Shown piece by piece: positions 26,001 through 35,400 of a stretch of 64,000 bases of DNA. Numbering within the stretch: the first letter of the stretch is position 1; each line of letters opens with the position of its first letter. Below the pieces are notes generated by a model. That model was given only the letters and a program-made list of their open reading frames with translations. It was not told where the DNA came from and did no database searches. A program made the position numbers and the translations under genes. The DNA comes from Monocercomonoides exilis PA203 (Eukaryota; Protista; Preaxostyla). The DNA is taken from NCBI GenBank assembly GCA_001643675.2, contig LSRY02000006.1, positions 806,001 to 870,000 on the forward strand, read 5' to 3'.

Positions 26001-27585
26001 CATCTTTTGAATGCAAATTTTGAGTATCCAAAGCATAACAATCTTGGCTTCTCTGCGACGCAACCTCGTTTTTGTGAAAAAATGAAAAAAGTAAGCAAAC
26101 TTGATTTGGGTCATAAGCCGGAATTTCAAAATATATTCCACCTCCTTTCTCTTCTGTGCAGCAATTTATAAAACTGCTCGATTCAAAAGTATATTGTGTA
26201 GAGGAGCTTTGAATCATGCTACCGCCTCCTTTTGTGTACGATTTACATTTTAAGAAAACGCAATCGACAAATTTTCTACAAAAATAAGGAGACAATTGAT
26301 TCGGCAAAATGTTGGGATCCGAAAGATTTGAAGATGCCAGAGAAGCATCGTTTTCAAAATAAAAGCCTCCGCCGCTTTTGCCTGATACGCATTCATTAAA
26401 ATATGAACAAATGATTCGAAATGCGTACATTACAAAACAAATGTAAGCTCCTCCTCCATTTCCACATTTGCTGGTGCATGATGAAAAACTTGTATTACTT
26501 ATAAGTAAAGAATCAATCCCAGAAATAAAAATTCCTCCCCCATCGGATCCGCTTGAACTGAATTCAATTTTGCATTTACTTATTGAGGCCTTACATTCAC
26601 GAATATCATAAATAAAAATTGATCCCCCACTTGTTGTATACGAAGAGTATTGAGAACAAATTGTTTCGGATGTTGAACAGTTTTCAAAATCATCTTCAAT
26701 AAATTTTATTTCTTTTGTGTTAGAAACAAATATTTGCTGTTCTTCAAACTTTTTGTTTACAGAAGACTTTTGAGAATAATAAGAGTTGTTAAAAGAAAAC
26801 AACGAAGATAAATGAGAATTTATAGATGTGATAATTCCACCGTAAAAAAAGTTATCCACAGATGAAAATGTATTTCCTTCGATAATCGAAACGCAAGGAG
26901 CTTTCGATGAAAAATGTGACATTGCTGAAATATTTGTGAAAATTGATGTCGAAATCGAAATGTGTGAAATGAATGAAGCATCGAGAAATGGGGTTTGAGT
27001 TATAAGAAGCGATGATATCGCGCTGTCTGAAATGCAAAAAGTTCCAAGCTGTGGAATATTACTAAAGATTTGCGAAGTGACAAACATTGCAGGAATGGAT
27101 CTGTGAAATTCGTCCGTACGAAAAGTTACGTTGCGCATATTTGTGAATCCATTTTCCATATGAAGAATGGAAGTTAAAGATGTGTAGGGAAAAGAAAAGC
27201 AGCAAGAATCCACAGATAATAATGAATAACTTTTGTGGGCTATGAAAAAACTTTGCTGTGAAGGAAATAATGTTACGGATAAAAGATGAAACGACGTATT
27301 TAGTATTTCAAATGAACAAAAGATAACTGGAGTTTTTGTGTGAAAAGATTTAATTTCCAGACAGAAATTAATATCTTGAGTTTGTGTAATTGTTTTATAA
27401 AACTCTAAATCATTATTGAACGATTTCTTTAATATTTTTATATCTGACCTATAGCTTTCTGTCAAAGAGTTTTCTGAGCGGGAGCCAGCAATATTGCATG
27501 CTTTGAATTTATTTGATGCAAAATCAAGCTCGCGATCTGAATGAAAGTTGTTACATATAAAAGGAAATATGAAAAAACAGAGCAT
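17023..27585 (-). CDS. Giant (3520 aa) type I membrane protein with repeated pectin-lyase-like/Pmp-like beta-helix modules
   Basis: Single 10.5-kb ORF with a hydrophobic N-terminus. Many GG[AGC]x[YF] and FxxN/FxxC motifs, and six CG/CF-x4-7-[PA]C module starts. TM helix LYALIIPLVTTVVVSAIIGIIIALCI followed by KKRR and a ~135-aa tail. Confidence 0.85.
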   Translation of the reverse strand: MLCFFIFPFICNNFHSDRELDFASNKFKACNIAGSRSENSLTESYRSDIKILKKSFNNDLEFYKTITQTQDINFCLEIKSFHTKTPVIFCSFEILNTSFHLLSVTLFPSQQSFFIAHKSYSLLSVDSCCFSFPYTSLTSILHMENGFTNMRNVTFRTDEFHRSIPAMFVTSQIFSNIPQLGTFCISDSAISSLLITQTPFLDASFISHISISTSIFTNISAMSHFSSKAPCVSIIEGNTFSSVDNFFYGGIITSINSHLSSLFSFNNSYYSQKSSVNKKFEEQQIFVSNTKEIKFIEDDFENCSTSETICSQYSSYTTSGGSIFIYDIRECKASISKCKIEFSSSGSDGGGIFISGIDSLLISNTSFSSCTSKCGNGGGAYICFVMYAFRIICSYFNECVSGKSGGGFYFENDASLASSNLSDPNILPNQLSPYFCRKFVDCVFLKCKSYTKGGGSMIQSSSTQYTFESSSFINCCTEEKGGGIYFEIPAYDPNQVCLLFSFFHKNEVASQRSQDCYALDTQNLHSKDASISLSYATSIVPSHVIWQCGDATKEMGHILFKGSPKRFVSATEGDDRNEFCGMIIEDALPCKTISNALHPSALCSTMQITIANGTYEEELPIVLFNSSTLYGKATDSQLPVISTSKCTGNQPYITIKSEYAEFSALHFVHEQTNVQLMIIQGIESTSYAAFNYVIFHQSLNPAFHGSLTMPLISIISPSCNIEMIHVSFESFRMEGATLINFHFPENVKCKKAHSLAFTSQSFSPNDESIADDEIEILHLLRVNVSNILTFGHLSSFLALPSQTYHSRVSFDNCSFKNCSSEANNGGCICICVKQKIPVSIKSSEFSGCCAKFSEHHDSFGGGLYLEAFDADLLSINSSTFRFNEAKTGKDLFLSLEILKKDSVLNLFEKMFDNTTDIDNTMMGKDRELNVVISLFEIMTYKSDNIYICNSSHKGSNWFLCGNKEQPCATLEYGIKHCFRSQLTQVRLSGKIDVLSEMQIYSSVFSTFSEETEASEESERAQLCFDLSVNTPIVFFRYVGDISFIDVSFNIYLTKEDTNLSNDNYLLTNYELEQTVLIKTGETFSQANKELFFMLKLSTVNVITSDQSCNANFIFAEVHGGSVDISEIVFSQKFQSFQGSCNAASFHCPFFAFYQISGLMMFRNVSGSNFNLHESPFIFISSSQQTLATEIQNKAKATNSVAVCTRCRGTNFNSSEIHRHETLINRQNSLQEKFVYFLGCNFTNIQTDGTMPAFMYESSLQGSLVINCSSWQNCSSTLSEKGGVFSVSMISSPAEVKSLNTVNSEPYSCFHILSNCSFVNCGCISGKSSKGGVFSIEKAEEEFSVKVLMDNFVCNTALLAKDIFLNVLNLHSVTWDLNKLLKNIDGYNEDNSFLLYNRNNSMFYDVLIVCCNRQIPCFIVNRSNPEDNAFDWFKCGEREFPCLTFNEALNHHNDNVGISTAIIIGSVWMNKAARIIDWNITSDRADTQAELNFNGSAESSLHDSMVVSNHSEHFISISLRFPGKFKCNLDRVFTAMGTLIEFQNCKFLFEYTNEENEKNILQYSLITVFCGDVFFSSCNLENKLTVSFDCTFIWLCPYARLANVSLCGFSNFSFLSGSLIQTQSIVSSKVDSKMKAKFENDILNETEMFFGYTNFTLIESLSPAASVIVCDAKNLFFINFHFCCFFGCCSAQSKKGGCAYISSESNGLLFTSNASFISCLAHTSQNSYSSSDDSSTRVPELQERFNLKNSNLNISTNSLCYRCDHSYQKTKESMVGRGGAMYLDFGNPINDILKNDEWRNFEINAFFKDNDADIGRDLFIVIDSIKSQLLPELFVIDFENGMNLNNSIWGTDRDGIELDFMPLIYVYRSESLYFNENGTNSPDCGKISKPCHDLDVLRIHCLGMKVYTAFVDGRISFGKNSHANDIAIYRLRENKATIALEEKDSPSKYYIMECVDLDVVNIGIEIHYSKNHKFRTVFTLYGYCVFINIDFSELSQEVVRYSFLECYGGSVDISDCRMKNWKSESPFAEIQRFSSLRMFGFSVNNVKIYKRSFVTVCNSLNTRSYTGNHSNKNKKYNEDARCIHVENCSVHMFSFQSSLENEESEPLFLSVNYSTDQNGNANSNEHFHVNTEINSSEINFMSTSSTGTGGAVRCMMQNPSDIFAVELSTFSQCQQPNGRGGAIGLIITHSDEVNISFVNDHFEQNKALVGKDIFIEFFNLKNQIKKMSVHLHLNPPYFEEENSIMGIDRDSDHPILLVPYFRHNEFTSIVVSAEGDDSLCFDLSVPCESINIAMNYITPSAQATIYVQFGVIYEQVYVTQCSFKPCSQCTSSAKWRLREIDERNSKIHFNADESTQKRYITGNEESVKVNKEISGKKMEEFSNAETFPVILFNPSSAATQSNDSLLLVKQSITFEGITFKANQADESYQLKILISMLNGSCRFCECRIEKSSDDYFLGYIFLLVFDGFVEFKSFQMNDIVVQSLPFIDILGGVVSFTNSMFWDLSLKSNLLVSYSLTFIKFQNVSIRNVKLTMPLIESAGSRICEGGISSIIIQNSSISSLFCVEPRTTFFYNENQCRNLVISNTTFDNNVAEQNELGGCLFVSLRPSSKLTIMSSSFTSSRVNSMTGYGGGIYLDLYLDEPHEKKNYSNVRMPRPSCNKNTLTANPNESEDLAKFLINGTEFMQNHAKHGLDIFIRCDSLERQISYMQFNVDFLTTFTDVEHSVEGRNVGEDNVISLYWLIHLYQDERIFVGENGTDGQECGNKTNACKTMDSVLLHLKQNETNRQIIIQNSAYQTKAIMLSNVKISSQTNPEIARLDVKLANEFQAGVFQFSLISSISCVEFHILDNGKKGKFYVIESFASQLDIHSCQLVFDYSSLSIPYCHALEIYSGVVNVVKFSLHNCVIGDIPFFVRNKGIVSFTQVNVSSVCASNSSLIQFFTNVKGKKDISFSLSNSSFFNVSSLLDLPSILFSPNGVHRIKFSRVNFEKCDQTMRKGAIIEVKDDSHLVLDQCNFIGSSYPLDLLLVRHVFLREKSASSITSISNRGDFRDGACSDFSSNSFSDYEEVSASSRPFIDPVCFYSFSLIAASNSDLEVSNTKIVNSSSGGISLEGKKLSVTNCSLASNFVGNAMFPTLRQNIRCDNGGTVTINSLASGDGTLFPIEQNTRSSLSLWIFNNNCTVEGEGIGNLSSTYFIPTVFNASCAKASSYGSSLSNFHSSSAANMYEFRVNGDLFFPCGMNIALKCGNDTPDSWTNLSMHSIQSSSHFSFLFDVSELRCKLRSTMKSTTHKLAKSAKPQNLSIALLYLSSSIFPVDQAHSSVSVSASISANAFQSGYSTTPFVQVEMKHTSTLNLYALIIPLVTTVVVSAIIGIIIALCIKKRRESKETVQVVNLGANGLFEVTEVLKKDSKKLKDFSNSGFSIQNSLAEASFDSLERSNSLDSNNFGLSTKRNSSQCASAPPQKNGNERLDWMNNEIETIEKDANSLTCPDFYKASDKNFIASNEYGDTEPLLINAAEET

Positions 27586-27641
27586 TTATTGATCAATTAT
27601 CCCTTCAATTATTGTGATATTTATTTCATTCGAAAAAAATA

Positions 27642-29166
27642 ACCAAAAATTCTTCAAAATGAGAATTTTTGCATACAAAAAGAAAAAATAAATAAAATTT
27701 GCATTCATAATTATAATTTTACAAGCAAAATAAGAACTTTTGAGTTCAAAATGGAAATTTTGCAAATGAATTAATCATTTTTTCAAACGAAAAAATAATT
27801 TTTGCATTCGAATAAATAATTGTTTAAAACCTTTCATAATTTTGTTCACTCTCTCATATATTTCAGTGATAATTAATTTTACACTTTTGAATCGGAAATT
27901 ATTTTGTGTTATTGCAATTTTCATATGTGTGAGAAAATTTCCAGAAAATATTTTTTTTTCCTGAAATTTTTAATAAACTCAAAAATTTTTAATTCCTATG
28001 AAAACATAAGTTATTTCCATTACGATTGCAAAAAATTTGATTTCGTTTGAAAAATTTTCATTTATAACGTAAAAAATTACAATTTTGAATGAAAATTTAT
28101 TAGGGTGTTTTTTTTATCCGGACATTTTTATTTATTGGCGTTTCTCAATAAATAAAACCAAAAATTAGAAAAGGCATATTGCATAAGGCTTGATAACGTA
28201 TTTAATGTTCATAAACAATTTTTTTCTTGTCAATTTTTGTTTTTGATGAAGATCTTGGGAATTTTAAATTTATTTTTGATCATTTGTTTTGCTCGTTTTT
28301 AACCGACTCTCTTTTTTTGTCAATTTTTATCTACTGGACCATGAATCATTCATAATTATCTTTTATAATTTCAAATATTTTATATTTTTTCTTATTATTT
28401 CACGAGTTTTTCGCACTTCATTGTTTTTATCAAAATATTTGAAAAACCAAAGTTTTCTGAATTTTTATATGACATTAAGATTTAAGTTATAAATCAATCT
28501 GAAAATCAGATAAAACCACATTGCAGTTTTAGTTTATTAGTCATATTAAATTGAATCAAAATAGAAATGAACAAATAAGGAATAATCAAAAACTGATTGA
28601 TACTACTATTGCAACAATACTTCACAAAGTTATAACCAAATAAAGACTTCCTAAAAGTATTTTCCTTTTCATGCACATCATTAAAAATATCTTACAAATG
28701 TCGTATTATTCAAAATTTTCAGTTTTATAAAATTTTCTTCAAAAACAATGAAATTCGAAAAACTCGTGAAATAATAAGAAAAAATATAAAATATTTGAAA
28801 TTATAAAAGATAATTATGAATGATTCATGGTCCAGTAGATAAAAATTGACAAAAAAAGAGAGTCGGTTAAAAACGAGCAAAACAAATGATCAAAAATAAA
28901 TTTAAAATTCCCAAGATCTTCATCAAAAACAAAAATTGACAAGAAAAAAATTGTTTATGAACATTAAATACGTTATCAAGCCTTATGCAATATGCCTTTT
29001 CTAATTTTTGGTTTTATTTATTGAGAAACGCCAATAAATAAAAATGTCCGGATAAAAAAAAATGTACGGATAAAAAAATCACCATATATAGAATGTAGAA
29101 ATTATTAATTCGCTTGCAAAATTATTAATTCGATTTCAAAATTTCTCACTTTGAATAATTTTTGGT
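27642..29166. mobile_element. Older, degenerate foldback element whose right arm is interrupted by the younger element
   Basis: 27642-27671 is the reverse complement of 29137-29166 (27/30). ~27709-27726 pairs with ~29112-29130, and ~27779-27820 pairs with ~28010-28054. Confidence 0.6.
28103..29084. mobile_element. Non-autonomous DNA transposon/foldback element, ~982 bp, with perfect 306-bp inverted repeats and a probable TA target duplication
   Basis: 28108-28413 is an exact reverse complement of 28756-29061 by eye, with a 342-bp spacer. Ends read TA-GGGTG...CACCA-TA. No transposase ORF. Confidence 0.8.
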
Positions 29167-29423
29167 GTCACATTTTTCAAGTATTCATTAATTTTTATTT
29201 TAAAAATTTTGTTCAGCAAATTAAATTTTAAATTTAAACTTTTTGTTTTAACGCTTGAATAATTGTCAATTTAAGTCTAAAAATTTTTCGATAAAAATGA
29301 AATTAAAAATTGAATAAAAAATGTTCTTTTTTAAAAAATCATGGGTGAGCATTATTTCATGCATTTTCAACTGTTTCATCAGGCCGTTGAGAACTTTCAG
29401 TTGTTGTTTGTTCGTTTTCAGGT

Positions 29424-32400
29424 TCAGTTTTCAGTTGTTTCTTCAGCTTTTTCTTCAGCTTCTTCTTCAGTTTTCTCTTCTTTCTCACTTTCTTGTGTAT
29501 TTTCTTCTTCTTTACTCTCTCCTTCTTTCTCTTCTTTCTCTTCTTTCTCTTCTTTCTCTTCTTTCTCTTCTTTCTCTTCTTCTTTTTCTTCCTCTTTCTC
29601 TTCTTCTTTTGCCTCAGATGATTCGGTTTCTGTTTGTTCTTTTTCTTCTTCTTTTTCTTCCTCCTTTTCTTCCTCCTTTTCTTCTTTGTCTTCTTCTTTT
29701 TCTTCTTCTTTTTCCTCGTTATCTTCTTCCTTTTCTTCTTCCTTTTCTTCTTCTTTTTCTTCTTCTTTTTCTTCTTCATTATTCTGTTCATTGCTTTCTT
29801 TTTCATTTTCTGTCTCTTCTTCCGTCTTCTCTTCACTTTCTGATTTTTCTTTTTCTTTTTCTTCTTCTTTTTCTTTTTCTTCTTCTTCTTTTGTATCATC
29901 GTCATTATCAGCAGCTTCTGTTGATTCTGCTGATTCTGTTGATTCTCCAGTTTCCTTCTTTTCTTCTTCTTCCTCCTCCTTCTCATTCTCCTCCTCCTTC
30001 TCCTTTGTCTCTTCATTGCCATCAGCAGCATCAGAATCAGAATCAGAATCAGAAGAAGAAGAAGAAGATGATGATGATGCTTCATCTAAACTCCTCTGTT
30101 TTTTCTCCTGTTCCGTCGGCAGAATAACTGAATGACCTCTTTTCGCTATCTCTTCATCTTCCTTCATCAGCTTCCTCATCAACTTCTCATCTTCCTCCAT
30201 TGCTCGGCATTCTTCTTGCTCTTCTTTCTCTTCCCGCTCTGCTTTCGCTTTTTGATCAGCTGAATCTTCGTCCTCTTTCTCTGATGTTTCGTCTTCTTCT
30301 GTTGTTTCTTTTTCCTCTTCTCCTTCTCCTTCTTCTTCTTTCTTCTCTTCAGCTTCTTCCTCTGTTTTTTCGTCTTTATCTTCATCTTCTCTTTCCTTCT
30401 TCTCTTCTTCTCCTTCTTCTTTTTGTTCTTCTTCTTCTTCTTCTGGTTCGGGTTCTTTCTTCTCCACTTTCTCCACAACACCAATTGAGTGTGAAACCTG
30501 AATGCGGACTTCATCCAAACAGACATCAAAGAACATCTCCAGAGGGAATGGAGCATTTGGTGAGATGGAATCAGCTGCATTTGTGGATACAGAAGATTGA
30601 GAAGATTGGGAAGATGAGGAGAAAGAGGAGGAAGTGGAAGAAGAAGAAGCAGAAGCAGATTCTGAAACCTGTTCCGATTCAGATGATTGTAACGGCTCTG
30701 GTTCTGTTTCTTTCTCTTTCTCTTTCTCTGTTTCCCCCTCTCTCTCTGTCAAAGCTGGTGTAGCTGTTGCTGATGCTGTCGTAGAAGCAGCATTGGCCAT
30801 CTGTAGATCATCAGTGAGTGTCTGATCAGTCAGCTGGCACGGCGGAATCGCCTCATTCCCATTGGCTGCAGCAGACCTGTTGAATGGATGCAATCCTTTT
30901 GACACCACAACAATCGGAATAATTTCGCAGAATATCTCCAATTCTGAGTCTTCTTCTCTGACGGTGTATTCAAATGTGTTCTCGGCAAGGAGGACTCGTT
31001 CTTCGGTTATCTCTTTTTCTTCTTCTTCTTCTTCTTTTTCTGATGCTTTTTCAGATTTATCATCTTCTTTCTCTTCTTTCTCTTCTCCTTCTTCAGCTTT
31101 TTCCTTATTCTCTTCTTCATTTGCAGCTTCACATTTTTCATTCTCTTTTTCTCCTTCTTCTTCTTCTTCCTTTGTCGGCTCTTCATTTATTGCCTCCATT
31201 TGAGAAGAATACATCTGCTGCTGCTGCTGCTGCTCTGAAATCTTCGGCTCTTCCGTTCTTCTAATTCCAATCCAGCGGATGTTGTATGGATAAAACTCGT
31301 CTTCTCCACAACTTTTTTCTTTCTCCTGTGTTTTCTCTTTGACTTCGCTGCTTGTTGATTCTTGATCGTCTTTCTTTTCGGATTTGATTTCTTCTTCTTT
31401 CTCCTCTTTGTTTTGTTGGCCTGTTTTTTCTTCTTCAGAAATTGCACTTGTTGAGCTGTTCACTTCTGCTGCTGATGATGTTTCATTTGTTTCGCATGTG
31501 TTTATTGACTCTTGTGCTTTTCCTTCTTCTTCTCCTTCTCCTTCTTTTTCATTCACATTATCAGAAGAAGAAGCTGAAGCTGATTCAGCAGGCGAAACAA
31601 CACGAACAACTGGAAATGCCAATGAAGACTTGGAAATAAGCTCTTTCAGTTGAGGATTCTCGTTGATGATTGAAGAGGTGTGATCAACACACACACGCAA
31701 GTGCTGTCCAACTTTGAGCAACTTAACAGAATTTGATTTGCATTCTGATTTTGTTTCCTCTTTTGATTCTTGTTCTTGTTCTTCTTTCTCTTCTTCTTTT
31801 TGTTCTTCTTCTTCCTTTGCTTCACAAACCTCATTCTCTGTTTTCTCTTCTCCTTCTCCTTCTCTTTCATCTTTGCATTCTTCTTCTTTACCTTCTTTTC
31901 CTTCTCCTTCTTCTTTTTCTCCTTCTCCTTCTCCTCCTTCCACCTCCACCTCCACACTCGTAATATCCACTCCTTCATAGCTCACTCTCTCATCTGCATC
32001 CACAATCTGTGGCATTCCTTTCTTCTGGTCTTTTCTCACTGGAACGATAACACACCGCAGCAAACACCCAACATCCTCTGGTTTAACTGTGTATGTTCGC
32101 TTAGAGCCCACAAGCTCGCCGCGGCTGGGATCATCTGAAAGAGCACTTTTGCCGAGTGAGGAAGAAGAAGATGATGATGACAGCGTTGAAGTAGATGAAG
32201 AAGCCGAAATTGATGTTGCATTACTAGTTGCAGTATTAGTTGTTGTTCCATTTGGTGCAGTCAGTGTAAGTGCTGATTGATAAGAACATGAAGGAACATC
32301 TCTAATACGCCTCCACTTGACTGAAGAGACACCTTCAAAGCCGCCAAAGTATTTGTAATCGACAGACAAAACAGTGCCAACCACAACTTTTGGATGGAAG

Positions 32401-35400
32401 AGAGAGAACTGGTCGTGCTCAGCAAAGGAAGAGGCGGCTTCTGAAGCAACATTGACAGAAGAAGATGAAGAGGAGGAATCAGAAGAAGAAGCTGAAGATG
32501 AAGCAGATGTTGAAGATGATGAAGCAGAAGCAGATGGAGCAGACGAGGCAAACGAAGACAGCGGTGCAGGGGAAGAAGAACGGGGAGTGGTTGAAGGTGT
32601 CTGGGCAGCAGAATGAATGGGGGATGTGGTGGCAGAGGCAGCTGGCGTGCGTGAGGGTGTCCAGCCAAAGGAAGGATCATATGAAGAAGCACTGGATGAA
32701 TAAGGAGATGATGAAGATGATGAAGCTGATGCTGATGATGAGGAGGAAGATGAAGAAGATGATGACGATGAACCATCTGTATTTGACTGCTGAAGAGATG
32801 AGTAAGTAAAGTCTGTTGGCTTGTCACCTGTGATAAACGCAGGGAGCGTGAATTTCTGTGATTTTGTGGCTGTCAACAGCGACAGATGTTCAAAGAAACT
32901 TTGCTTTTCGTTCTCTTTCTCTTGCTCCTTCTTTCTCTCTCTTCCTGCTTCTCTCTTCTTCTCTGTTGTCAGCTCTATTTGCTTCTCCTTGTTCGACGAA
33001 GGACTGGATGGCGCTTCCTTCTCAGATGAAGAAGACGATGCTGATGCTGATGCTGATGCTGATGAACTTGTTGCTTTTCCCTTTTCTTTCTCGTTCTCTT
33101 TCTCCTTTTCTTTTTCTGGTACTTTCGCCTTCTCCTCAATTGTGATGCTCAGCTGATACGCTGCTGGCTCTGCTGGCTCAATCTCCTTCTCCACAATGAA
33201 CTGCTTCGGTTTCCCTTCCAATCCATCCGCACGCACCGGAATGGCAATCACTTTCACTCTCCTTCCAACACATATCTGTGTCGGTGCATACAACTCACTG
33301 TTGGTGAAGTCAATAGGAACCCATTCAGTCTTTGGCTGTTCAGATGATGAAGCAGACGCAGACGAAGAAGAATTCCCCATGTTCTGATCAGGAGACGAAG
33401 GCCTCGAATTCGGAGGGGTGTTTGCAGGTGACATTAAAGCAGGCGAAGAAATACACGACGATGAATGAGAAGGTGACAAGCCGTAGCCAGTCTGAGGTGA
33501 CACAGAGCGTCGTGGGTGTGGCGCGGATGTTGGCACACTTCCAGATGGACGAGGGCCTTCCAACAGACTGTCCTGAAGAGAAAGAGGCGGGTTCTGGTAT
33601 TGCTGTGAGGCGCCTGGTTGGCTGTGGACGGGGGATACGTGTCTTTTCTGAGGATATAAAGAAGAAGAAGAGGCTGAAGCAGAAGCAGATAATGAAGCTG
33701 AGCTTCCAGATGTATGCATCGTAGGTGATGATGATCCGCTGTGTGGTTCTGCTTTCTGCTTCTGGCAGGGCGCTTCCACAAACCATGAATAGCGATGCTT
33801 TCCTGGTTCTCCACCCAAATACACTGCCTGTGCAAGTAAATCTTCTCCTTCTTTGCTGGAGCCAGTCACTTTCAAAGAAACAAACTTTGGAGGCGCTGGA
33901 CGCACAATCTCCTTCGAGTAGTACATCACCATCGGCCCTTTCACTCCGTCGTTTCTGCGCGGCGTTACACGAATAGCAAGCACAAAGCCAATATCGTCTC
34001 TGACTGGCGTATACTCCTTTGTTCCTCTGGCCACGACTGTATACTCAATATCCTCCAGTTTCTTTCCCTCGGGTATCTTCTTCTCACGCAGAGAAGACCC
34101 AATTTTCATTGAAGACACCACAGACGCTGTTGGCTTTGTTCCTCTGAACAGCGATGGTGCCATGTTCGACTTGATGGACGTCACTTTGCTCGATCTGGAG
34201 AACGTCACCACAGATCTTCCTGTTGAGATCCGCTTCGCTGCATCCTGTGCTTGTGACATCTTCTCCGTCCCTGCTTTGCTCGCCGGGTGTCTGGCAGACG
34301 ATATGCTCCCCTTTGGCCCGTACATCGAGCTGCGTGAGCGCACACTGGTTGAAATTCTCGAAGCACCTCCGATGCTGGTGCGTGACACATCTCTTGTCAG
34401 CCCAGAACCAGTGCCAGTTTTGCTTCCATCGCGACAAGGTGAAAGAGAATGGTTCATTCCACCTGGTCCCTTCGGGGTTGGTGACATTGCAGGAGATGGA
34501 CCACCTCTGCTATCCAAACCATCAAAATTGCCATCTTTTTTGAAGTCTCCTTCGTCTCCAACACCGCCAGACATAGCGCCTGGTTGTGGTGATTGTGCTT
34601 GCTTCGGCTTCGCACAGACAATCGCTGGGTCTTCGTGCAGACGCACCCACTCAATTTCTGTAGCACCTTCGCTGCCTCCGATGTACTGCCATGTGGCTTC
34701 CAACACTTCTCCTTCTTCGATCTCTCCTTCGATTGTCACATTCTGTGCAGAAGGAGGGCCAGGCGCAATGGGAACAGAGGTGTAGTCATAGACAGTTTCT
34801 CCGTCAATTCCGAAGATGGAGACTGGAGTGTAGCCAAAGCGTACATAACGTCCGCAGTGATAAGGAGCAGGAACAAACACAGCGCCTGTGGTGGGCATCA
34901 TAATCATCTCAGATGCTGATGGAAGAGACATGTCAGTTGATGCTGACGCTGAAGCAGATGCTGGGGATGGGACAGGTGATGGAATAGGAGAAGAAGAGGC
35001 TGAGGCTGAGAGTGAACCAGAAGCAGAAGTTGAAGCTGATGCTGAGGCTGATGCTGAGCTCTCTTCTGCAGCTGCCTGCTGTGCAAGATACGTCTCCACA
35101 TCCACTCCTTCTTTGTCTGCTGCTCTTTTGATTCTTTCCTTCTCTTTCCTTTCTTTCTCTTCTTTCTCCTTCTGCTCCAATTCTTCCTTCATTTTGATTG
35201 CTTCCTCATTCACATCAATCCATTCCTCTGTCCCAGGAATCCTTGTCGCCCAGCTATACACGCTTTTGCCTTCTTCTCCGCCATGATAGTTTCCTTCTCC
35301 ATTCAACGGATTTCCTTCTAATGGGATACCTTCAATCGTCACACCATCAACTTCTGGCTTTGTCGGCAGTACAAGCGACGACATTGTCACAAACGGCTCG

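Noticed and set aside
28100-28105. TTAGGG as a telomeric seed
   Set aside because: A single hexamer formed by the TA target plus the element end; no tandem array.
28108-29061. CRISPR array or intact transposase
   Set aside because: The repeat is a single inverted pair, not spaced direct repeats, and the core has no ORF.
29321-30135. Long overlapping ORFs in three extra frames (268, 264, 242 aa) over the AIR9 tail
   Set aside because: By-products of stop-free GAA/TTC repeats; the translations are poly-Leu/Phe, poly-Ser or poly-Lys with no independent signal.
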